From contig OZ253677.1 of assembly GCA_965263475.1 (NCBI GenBank), forward strand, positions 4,633,812-4,697,811: a DNA stretch of 64,000 nucleotides, written 5' to 3'. The notes beneath the pieces are model-generated. The model was not told the DNA's origin. It made no database searches and was given only the letters and a program-made list of their open reading frames with translations. Source of the stretch: Mariniblastus sp. GTDB taxonomy: Bacteria > Planctomycetota > Planctomycetia > Pirellulales > Pirellulaceae. Every line of letters begins with the position of its first letter. Position 1 is the first letter of the stretch. Made by a program: the position numbers and the translations under genes. Shown here one piece after another: positions 54,269-62,172 of this stretch.

Positions 54269-54931
54269 TTAGCGACGTCGTTGCAACGTGAAACCGATCA
54301 AACCGACTACCATCAAGGTCGTTGTGTTGGGCTCGGGTACGACGTGGATCGTGAAATCGCTGAACGGGGCTCCAATGTTGACGCCACCGTTTATAACTAA
54401 TGATTTATCAATCTGAATGGATGTTGTCCCTACGGTGGTCGCCGTCCAATCAAACGACGCCACGAGAAATGCATTGGCGGACGTGTCGTAGCCGTCGTCC
54501 ACAATCGGGTTCCCTGGCGGAATTTGGTCGACTAAAATACCGGTGCCATTCATTAAGTGTTTTGCAAATAGTCCAGTAACTGCATCTGGTGTTACCTCGT
54601 CCACTAATGCAATACCGCCCCAACGAGTTTCGATCGGATTCCCCTGAATCGTAATGTCAAAGTCCAGCGATTCTGCAGCATCAAAACCGACAATGCCCGG
54701 AAGGTCCCACGAAAAGTCAACGTCGTAACCATCTTCAATATTTTGAAAGCCAGCCGTATCAAAATACAAGAACGCCCTGCCGGATTCTCCGACCATCGCA
54801 GTAGTCTTAAAGTCTTTATTAACGGCCCCTTCTTCGAAGCCGGCCGACGACCAGAAGAAATTTTGGGCTGAGGCTAAATTGCAATTTAGTATGAAAACTA
54901 TCAAAACCAAGAAACAGCGTTTTGCACTCAT
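54269..54931 (-). CDS. PEP-CTERM sorting-domain secreted protein (paralogue of 13627..14334)
   Basis: ATG start and signal peptide MSAKRCFLVLIVFILNCNLASA. The C-terminus is ...FTIHVVPEPNTTTLMVVGLIGFTLQRRR. It is collinear with the 13627 gene. Confidence 0.8.
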   Translation of the reverse strand: MSAKRCFLVLIVFILNCNLASAQNFFWSSAGFEEGAVNKDFKTTAMVGESGRAFLYFDTAGFQNIEDGYDVDFSWDLPGIVGFDAAESLDFDITIQGNPIETRWGGIALVDEVTPDAVTGLFAKHLMNGTGILVDQIPPGNPIVDDGYDTSANAFLVASFDWTATTVGTTSIQIDKSLVINGGVNIGAPFSDFTIHVVPEPNTTTLMVVGLIGFTLQRRR

Positions 54932-55144
54932 GTGAATTCTGGAGTTGGACGAGTTACAGGAAATAAGACGGAATCAATGGTATCAAACCGTTGAAATGAA
55001 TTCTAGGAAAAACTGTAATACAGAGAGGGGTGATTTCCGTACGTGGAATGGGAATGCAGCTGGATTCCGCGTAAAAACGATTTCGAAACAGCGGTGAATC
55101 CAACACTTTTTCGTATCCAGGTGATGCTGGCATTGACCTCAGCG

Positions 55145-55858
55145 TCAGTCGTTCAATCGCCTTGGAACCTCTACGAGACTCACAATACGGTCTATTTCGT
55201 CTAAGTATCGTGAATGGCGGTCCAATAACAATGCATGCCAACCTGTATCCTTAGGGGCTTCAAAGTCATTTTTTCGATCGTCTCCAATCATTACAAATTG
55301 AAGACAATTCGAGTGATTTTTCGCGATCGCACGATAGAATCGCCGATCTGGTTTTCGAAAGCCAATGCCAGAAGAAAAGTGAACATTGTCGGGCGGTACG
55401 CTAGGAATCAAACGTTCAATGATCGCACACAAACGCGAATCAAAGTTTGATCCAATCGCCACTTGATACCCTAGCGTACGAAGCGATTGAATGCAATTCT
55501 GGGTGTCCGCGTAAGTTGACCAATGGTTGACACGAGCAAAATAGTCCCAAAGATTGGCAAAGATAGTTTCGGTTTCCGTTACGTCATCAAATACAAATCG
55601 GACCAGCTTGCCCCAAAGCTCTTTTTCGACTGCGTTGTTTGACGGTGATTGTATTGCCGAGTCGCCACCAAAAAATTGCTTGCGGCCGATCGAAAATCGT
55701 TCCGAGACTTCGGCAAGAGTTTTTTGCGATCCAAATCTACGACCGTACTCAAAGTAGACTTCATCCACGTCTGCGACGCAGTGAATCAGTGTTCCGACAG
55801 CATCAAAAACAACGAGCGTGGCAGCATTTGTGCTTGGCTTATTCACCTTCGACGACAC
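55145..55858 (-). CDS. HAD-superfamily hydrolase (subfamily IA, haloacid-dehalogenase/REG-2-like)
   Basis: GTG start. Motif I is VVFDAVGTLI, motif II-like is AIGSNFD, and motif IV is MIGDDRKNDFEAP. It overlaps the upstream ORF by 20 nt. Confidence 0.65.
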   Translation of the reverse strand: MSSKVNKPSTNAATLVVFDAVGTLIHCVADVDEVYFEYGRRFGSQKTLAEVSERFSIGRKQFFGGDSAIQSPSNNAVEKELWGKLVRFVFDDVTETETIFANLWDYFARVNHWSTYADTQNCIQSLRTLGYQVAIGSNFDSRLCAIIERLIPSVPPDNVHFSSGIGFRKPDRRFYRAIAKNHSNCLQFVMIGDDRKNDFEAPKDTGWHALLLDRHSRYLDEIDRIVSLVEVPRRLND

Positions 55859-58019
55859 GTTGAAAACTGGGTTGGATAAATCGGAAACTGGCTTTCGACT
55901 TGGGTGTCAACTTCAGCGGGAAAGATTTTGATTCTTGCGTTTCCGGAATCGCCCGCAACAACACATCGTGTCCAGTATCTTCGGTTACTTTGGATTTGGT
56001 GGTTGTTGCTGGCAAATTCTCTACGTCCGTCGAAGTTTCACTTGCCGCTCGCATGTCAGTAGAATCGGAAACTTGAATTGCTGTTGTCGGTTGCGGTCGC
56101 AACGGAGTTTCTGACTGGTGAGGCTTCGCCGGCGCACCTAGATTGGAGTCAGATTGGATTAAGTTGGACAAAATGGTTTGATCATCAAAGATGGCCTTCA
56201 GGATTTCGGCTGCATATTTTTCGTCAACTTCGTTTCGTAACAAAACAGTCTTTTCTTGTGACGGCAATCGAGTGATTTCGTTGTCGGATGTTGATTTGTC
56301 TAGTGGGTGCGGTCGCCACTTTTCATCGGCATTGGGAAGTGAAGCTTTGGGCAAAGTAATCGGCAACTGATTTTTGGAATGCCCCTCCGGGAACTCATAC
56401 GGCTCGTAGACTTGATCCGTGATTTCGCTGGCTGCACCGACGTCGAGCGAATCTTCGATCGATTCCTCAATTTTCGGGAGGGGGCTAAAGTCGAACTGTG
56501 GTGCCGATTGTTTCGCGTTTTGTGAACGATGAATCATCGTGCTCGCCTTAATTACCGGAACATTGGTCTGACGAGCAAATTTATCGACAGCCTTTACGAT
56601 CTTAGAACGCTCAGCTTGTTCTTTGGCCAGTTGTTGAATCTCGTGATAGTACTGCGATGGCTGAGCCCGGAGTACAATTTGAGTTTCTTGTGGCTGTACT
56701 AACTCCTGAGCGATTACTGGTGTGCGATCAAACACAACGCGATTGGGCAACGTGGCATTTTTCAAGTCTTGAAAAACTTCCTCTTCCGATCTGGCATTTC
56801 CATCGGGCGAACGACGAGGTTGTTCCCCACGCCTAACTGGCGGTGGGCGATGGATTGGATCGCGTTTTTCGCCAGAAGCGGATGTGGGTTCCGGGTTATC
56901 AGCATCGGGCTGGACTAACGTCGGCGGCCCCCAGTCAACGTCGTCTTCGGATCGAGAACGTTGTTTACGTGGCACGGCGTTGGGCCCCAAATTGTCATTG
57001 AACAAATCCTCTAGACTGAAAGTTTCGAATTTGGGATTTGGCAGCAATCCAGCACCACCAGAGATACCTTGCTTGACCGTTTTGACTGGGGCTGCCACAT
57101 CGGGCTCAGACTTTATTTCAGGTGTTTTTTCCACGAAACCTTCGATTACATTCGTGCTTGATTCGGTTAGCGGACTGGTAATTTCTGACGGTTCCGGATT
57201 CGTATTGAGATTCTCGTTGGCAGGTGGACTTGGTTGATTCTCGACGATCCCCTCGATCGAGCTCTCAAATTTGCCGTCTGGAATTTCTTCGCCGGCGGTT
57301 ACTTTTTCTGGGAGTTTGCTGGCAGATTGCGTTTCTTTTTCGACGACCTCATTTTTTGGATCGTTGTCGAAGTTGGCAAGCGGGAACTCGTTACCTGGTG
57401 TCGAATCAACATTCTCTGGCAGTCGATTCGATTCCGGCCATGATTTTTGGATGATCTGATCGACACGTTCCGGCGATGGCAATGTTTGGTTTAGAAACTG
57501 TTTGGTCGGTACCGGTTTTTGAATCAACGGATCATTGCGGCGCGTTGTTGCAATGTCGCCTTGAGGGGCAGGGCTTATGCCGCCGTTTCGCATACAATCA
57601 ATACAAACTCCGTCAATCAACACGCTTTGCGGATGTTCACAGTTTTGGCACGTCAGCGAACGACGTGCCGCACTGTTTTCTCTTATGCGTTGCAGAAAAC
57701 GTAAGCGGCGTGTGACTAGCGGACTCACGTTACTGGGTTGTGGTGGGGGTTGCAGTTTGACGATCGCGGATGGCTCGGATTCAGGAACTGTTGCCGGCTC
57801 GTTCGAATCACATCCGCCTGATTCGTCACAGCCGTTCCAATATGGACTGGTCGAATCGGAGACCACGTCGGTGGTCGCCAATTGACGCCGCGCTCGGCAG
57901 CCAGGCTGAGATAAGCAAGTAACCAACAATAAACTTAGCAAAAGGCACAATCGAAATCGCATTTTCGCAACCAACACGTAAACCATGGTTAACGCAACCA
58001 GCAAAGGTCGCTGCATCAT
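55839..58019 (-). CDS. Large hypothetical envelope protein, mostly low-complexity/disordered, with one CxxC...CxxC knuckle
   Basis: ATG start (alternative ATG 57962). It has a hydrophobic N-terminus ending ...LLVTCLSQPGC and a CQNCEHPQSVLIDGVCIDC pair. About 600 aa are P/E/S/Q-rich with no recognisable domain. Confidence 0.55.
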   Translation of the reverse strand: MMQRPLLVALTMVYVLVAKMRFRLCLLLSLLLVTCLSQPGCRARRQLATTDVVSDSTSPYWNGCDESGGCDSNEPATVPESEPSAIVKLQPPPQPSNVSPLVTRRLRFLQRIRENSAARRSLTCQNCEHPQSVLIDGVCIDCMRNGGISPAPQGDIATTRRNDPLIQKPVPTKQFLNQTLPSPERVDQIIQKSWPESNRLPENVDSTPGNEFPLANFDNDPKNEVVEKETQSASKLPEKVTAGEEIPDGKFESSIEGIVENQPSPPANENLNTNPEPSEITSPLTESSTNVIEGFVEKTPEIKSEPDVAAPVKTVKQGISGGAGLLPNPKFETFSLEDLFNDNLGPNAVPRKQRSRSEDDVDWGPPTLVQPDADNPEPTSASGEKRDPIHRPPPVRRGEQPRRSPDGNARSEEEVFQDLKNATLPNRVVFDRTPVIAQELVQPQETQIVLRAQPSQYYHEIQQLAKEQAERSKIVKAVDKFARQTNVPVIKASTMIHRSQNAKQSAPQFDFSPLPKIEESIEDSLDVGAASEITDQVYEPYEFPEGHSKNQLPITLPKASLPNADEKWRPHPLDKSTSDNEITRLPSQEKTVLLRNEVDEKYAAEILKAIFDDQTILSNLIQSDSNLGAPAKPHQSETPLRPQPTTAIQVSDSTDMRAASETSTDVENLPATTTKSKVTEDTGHDVLLRAIPETQESKSFPLKLTPKSKASFRFIQPSFQRVVEGE

Positions 58020-58420
58020 TGCATGTATCGACTCGAAAAAGCGAAATCATCCGTCTGACAAACACAGTAGTCACAACCGTGATAATCGGAACTTGACGCG
58101 ATCTGCTTATCTGAACGTCAAACTCCGTTCATTTTGATAGCAAAAACGCTCCAAGCATTGGTTTGGGCAAAACAATCGGACATCCACAATGCTTAACGGC
58201 ACATGATTCGGTAGCGATCGAGCTGATAGCAAATTAGAGTTTTCGACGTTGGCAAATTTAGAATTCGCTGTAGATACCAAGGCTACGATTCGGTAGCATC
58301 CAAGAAAACTCACCGAATAATCGCACGGATGTGAACTCGGTTGATGCCGGCCTCGTGAACGGTTTTTGCCAAAGTCGGGGCCGTTTCTTGTTTTCTTATG
58401 TCGCATGGAGGCGAAATAGG

Positions 58421-59431
58421 ATGAAACGTTCATTGGGCTGGGCCGGTACGATTTTGCTGGCGCTGGTGTTGTTGGCTTCGCGCAATGGATGCGACCTGGG
58501 ATTGCCAACTGGCGTAAAGGTTGGTGATTATCTTCCCTCACCTCAACTCCCCAACACCGACAATGGAAAACCGGTTCAGTCGACTTCAACCAATGGCGAA
58601 CCAAATTTCAATTATTCCGCGGCGCCAAGTACGGTTATTATTGGATCTTTCAATATCGAAAATTTTGGGCCCGCCAAAGAGTCGCGACGTTTTGTCATGG
58701 AACATCTGGTCGATATCGTGCACCGATTCGATCTGTTGGCGATTCAGGAGTTAAGCAACAAAGACCAATCGGTGATCAAGAGCTTCATCCAACAAATCAA
58801 CGCCAATGGCTCCAGGTACAATTACATTGTTGGTCCGCGCCAGGGCCAATCGACCAGTAAAGAACAATATGTTTATCTGTTCGATACCACCAAATTCAAA
58901 ATAACATCCAATCCCTATGTCGCGCCCGATCCGAATCGCTCCATGCATCGCCCTCCGTTGGTTGCCAGTTTCGAATGCTTGCAGGCGCCTCCTGGTCAAG
59001 GTTTTACGTTTACGCTTTTGAATTTGCACACCGATCCGGACGTCGTAAAACAAGAATTCACGGCACTGGAAAAAATGATGCCAACCCTATTTGCAAATCA
59101 TCCCCAAGAAGATGATTTTATAATCCTCGGCGACCTGAACGATTCTGCAAAACTCATTGGCCGATATCGTTGGCTACAGAATCAAATGGCGCTTGTCCGG
59201 GCTTCCTGGCCAACGACGGTCGCTGGAAACTCATTGGATAACATCGTGATTGATGGTTCCCGCACGTTGGAATTTCGGAATCAGTCCGGCGTGTTGGACA
59301 TGATGTTGCAATATGGTTTGGCCCCCGCTCAAGCAAAACAAATCTCCGACCACCATCCGATTTGGTCGGTGTTTTCAACGGTTGAGGCCAAAAATTGGAC
59401 CGCCGAAACGGGCGCCGTCACGACCCGTTGA
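58421..59431 (+). CDS. Secreted endonuclease/exonuclease/phosphatase (EEP, DNase-I-like) family protein
   Basis: Start re-set to ATG 58421 (MKRSLGWAGTILLALVLLASRNGC, signal/lipobox-like). Motifs include IGSFNIENFG, DLLAIQE, LLNLHTDP, ILGDLN and SDHHPIW. It stops at TGA 59429-59431. Confidence 0.75.
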   Translation: MKRSLGWAGTILLALVLLASRNGCDLGLPTGVKVGDYLPSPQLPNTDNGKPVQSTSTNGEPNFNYSAAPSTVIIGSFNIENFGPAKESRRFVMEHLVDIVHRFDLLAIQELSNKDQSVIKSFIQQINANGSRYNYIVGPRQGQSTSKEQYVYLFDTTKFKITSNPYVAPDPNRSMHRPPLVASFECLQAPPGQGFTFTLLNLHTDPDVVKQEFTALEKMMPTLFANHPQEDDFIILGDLNDSAKLIGRYRWLQNQMALVRASWPTTVAGNSLDNIVIDGSRTLEFRNQSGVLDMMLQYGLAPAQAKQISDHHPIWSVFSTVEAKNWTAETGAVTTR

Positions 59432-59734
59432 ACGACGGGCAAGGGGCAACAGTTTTCGCGGACCGAATCTAAACGAGGCGGAATTTGGCGTGGATCAATC
59501 TGGGGAAAAGACGTCCATAGAGCACAAGGAAATCGGTTGGATGTTCTTGATATTGAACTTGATTTTCTACCGCTACCGGACGAACCGATCATAACAGGCA
59601 CTGGAAAACTGGGCATCGTTACCATTTTTGTACCTGAGCCGAGCTCCGCGTTTTGTGTTTTGCTGGCGAGTTTGCCGGTATGGGTTGGCAAAAGAACAAG
59701 CAAACGCCGAAATGCGGCAATAAACTATAAATAG
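59432..59734 (+). other. In-frame post-stop extension of the EEP gene encoding a PEP-CTERM sorting signal (read-through product or remnant after a nonsense change)
   Basis: It is in the same frame as 58421..59431, with 100 sense codons and no stop. It ends ...KLGIVTIFVPEPSSAFCVLLASLPVWVGKRTSKRRNAAINYK then TAG (59732-59734). Confidence 0.55.
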
Positions 59735-60750
59735 TTGTCTTCGCAAATTTGATTGATCAAATGTCTGCTCGAGCGTATCAGGTCTTCTACTAGTGAGACG
59801 CTTGTGTTGTTTGATTGAGACGCGAAAAACGTCAAAAGTTTTTCGTTCAGTCGTAAAATGAGTTCGCCGTTTAGATATTGCCATGGTACGTGGGCGAGTT
59901 GAATGACGTTGCCAGATTTCGGAGTCTTGAACGTCCCGTAAATCGATTGAGATTTCTTGTCAAAGTAGAGCGTAGAAATCGATTCAACGCTCCTCGCCAC
60001 TTGCATCAAGCTGGGAGCATCAAAATAAACTGCCGAACACGCGATGCCTCCGGAACTGACTGAATTGCCTTGAGTCGAATACCGAAACCAAACGATTCTT
60101 CCGCCTTCGAAATCGGTTCTCCAGCAGTTTTCAATAGTAATGTGCAATTCTTGGCTTACGAACGATCGCTTTAACTGAGTTGCATGGTAAGTGGGCTCTT
60201 TGCAGAAGCCGCGTTCGACCAAGATTGCATCCAGAATCAGCGACATGCCCTCGGCATCTTGATTGCCGAGGTACTGCATCCTGAAAATGGCGAACAGAGT
60301 GAATGGAACAAAAAGCAGGAGACCCCAAACGAAATTGACTACGAGGGTGATCCATAGCGCGACCAATTGCAAAGGGAGCAGAATGGCAAAGCTAATTACG
60401 TACTGATTCCAGCGTATGCGCCAGTCGACTTGAATCTTGGCCTCATTGTCTAAAACGGCATCAATGTCTGAGTCGTATTGCCGTGAAATACGTTTGATCC
60501 AAGTTGCCGGAGACAACAACCCCAAGAGGATCGCCGTTGTTGACAATGCTGTAACGACGAAGCCGAACCACCATTTCCTCTCGATTGCGGGCGGCTCGAC
60601 GGTTAGCATAAGGCCGATGCCGCCGATCAGGAAAATGGCCGCTATCCCGCAAATGCTCAATCGTGATTCGCGAACTTGTTTTTGAAAATTGGCAATCGAA
60701 GGTTCAAGTGTCGACAATTCAGGCAACTCGAAAAGCGTTTTCAAATCCAT
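59725..60750 (-). CDS. Hypothetical membrane protein (4 TM plus a soluble C-terminal domain)
   Basis: Start re-set from GTG 60804 to ATG 60750 (MDLKTLFELPE...). It has four hydrophobic helices and no recognisable family. Confidence 0.5.
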   Translation of the reverse strand: MDLKTLFELPELSTLEPSIANFQKQVRESRLSICGIAAIFLIGGIGLMLTVEPPAIERKWWFGFVVTALSTTAILLGLLSPATWIKRISRQYDSDIDAVLDNEAKIQVDWRIRWNQYVISFAILLPLQLVALWITLVVNFVWGLLLFVPFTLFAIFRMQYLGNQDAEGMSLILDAILVERGFCKEPTYHATQLKRSFVSQELHITIENCWRTDFEGGRIVWFRYSTQGNSVSSGGIACSAVYFDAPSLMQVARSVESISTLYFDKKSQSIYGTFKTPKSGNVIQLAHVPWQYLNGELILRLNEKLLTFFASQSNNTSVSLVEDLIRSSRHLINQICEDNYL

Positions 60751-60796
60751 AGCCGATGAGTCGCAATCGTTTGAAAGTTCAGCTCGTTGCCTAGCC

Positions 60797-61678
60797 TCAT
60801 GCACGTCTATTGCGACGCCCCAAAGTCAGCAACAAAACACCAACCCATGGTGCGATGGTTGGCTCAGGAACGACGCTACCCACGACAGCAAAGTCTTGAA
60901 CGCCAAATAAGGAAGGGCTATTGGTTAAACTGATCAGCTGATTCGTGGTCAGGTCCAAACGGTAAAGATCGTCGTTGGTTGACAGTAATAAATTGCCATC
61001 TGTGCCGAATTCGATTTCTTCGGGGGAGGCCAAGTCGTTAGAGAAAATCACCGACGACGAACCTGTCATTGGGTCAATCCTGCTAACTTCGAAATCGAAG
61101 GTGTCCAATGCATATAGAAAGCCGTCGTCACCAAATGTGATGTCTTGGAATTGGTTGGCTGCGAAATTTCCAACGGGAACGAAATGGCCATCGCTGGTAA
61201 CCCGCCCGAGCCCTTCAAAAAACTCGGCAATGTAAATTGTTCCATCATTGCCGATGGCCGCATCCATGGCATTGAAAAACGTGCCACCGGTGAATAGTTT
61301 TTGTGACTGACCGGTGATCGAGTCAATTCGAGACAGGCCGTCGGCGCCAACAACGACCAAGTCACCATTGTTGTCTAAGGTCAGGTCTCGGAAGAAACCA
61401 TTTCCAGAAGTGCTGGCAAAACGATTCGCAGTATTGTTTGTCGTGTCGTAACGAAAAATACCGTTTCCGCTGTTGGCGAAAATTTCACCGCCCGACACGA
61501 CGACCGATCTTGGGCTTGTGGGTCCGTCAAATATGTCTTGCAATGGACCGCCATCGTTGGGCAACAAAAACATCTGTTCAAAAAACTCGGTAATTACGAC
61601 GTCACCAACATTGAGTTGAGCATTGGCTGCACTTGCGAAAAAGAAAATCAAAATTAACGAAGTCGATCGAACGATCAT
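60797..61678 (-). CDS. PEP-CTERM sorting-domain secreted beta-propeller-like (NHL/SMP-30-like repeats) protein
   Basis: Start re-set from TTG 61705 to ATG 61678 (signal peptide MIVRSTSLILIFFFASAANAQ). It has repeated ...DG.(I/L)Y(V/I)A... blade-like segments. The C-terminus is ...VVGSVVPEPTIAPWVGVLLLTLGRRNRRA. Confidence 0.7.
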   Translation of the reverse strand: MIVRSTSLILIFFFASAANAQLNVGDVVITEFFEQMFLLPNDGGPLQDIFDGPTSPRSVVVSGGEIFANSGNGIFRYDTTNNTANRFASTSGNGFFRDLTLDNNGDLVVVGADGLSRIDSITGQSQKLFTGGTFFNAMDAAIGNDGTIYIAEFFEGLGRVTSDGHFVPVGNFAANQFQDITFGDDGFLYALDTFDFEVSRIDPMTGSSSVIFSNDLASPEEIEFGTDGNLLLSTNDDLYRLDLTTNQLISLTNSPSLFGVQDFAVVGSVVPEPTIAPWVGVLLLTLGRRNRRA

Positions 61679-62172
61679 GTCTTCTCCAAGTTGGGCATCC
61701 GGCAAGTTATTCGTATCGTAGCAAGATTACGCATTTTAATTGACGCCTGTAACAAGACAATCCACTAGACAGCAAATCGAAGATGTAGTCTCGGGCGGGT
61801 ATCTCAAGGGCATAAATCCATTTGATTTAAGCGTGGGGTTTAAGGAACGGTGCCGGATTCTGCTGAGCCTGAACGTGCGATCGATCTTGGCTGACGAGGA
61901 ATTCAATTCTTTAGTGGGCTGAATCTATGGGGCATGAAATTGCGCATTTTAGAGTTTCGCTTGGTTGCCCGAATCGAAAACACAGGATCGCTTCCAATTG
62001 CAATTGCCTTGTAACGGACCCTGGACGCCCACGATTGTCGAGCTCTCGGCAACAACGAAATTGGGTTGTCGCTTTTCTGCACCTTAATTGCGCAACTGCA
62101 AAATGTATTGACTGGATGTCGATGATAAAATGATGGTTTGTCCTTAATAATAAGTGTTGTGAATGTGCCTCG

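Noticed and set aside
59429-59431. The TGA decoded as selenocysteine.
   Set aside because: I could not find a SECIS-like stem-loop at the expected distance downstream. The position lies in a linker, not an active site. This cannot be fully excluded without a SECIS search or a check for selA/selB/selC.
59537-59734. The 65-aa ORF with a PEP-CTERM tail, treated as an independent gene (TTG start).
   Set aside because: It has no signal peptide and no ATG or RBS. It lies in the same frame as the upstream EEP gene, with only one stop between them, so I interpret it as that gene's extension or remnant.
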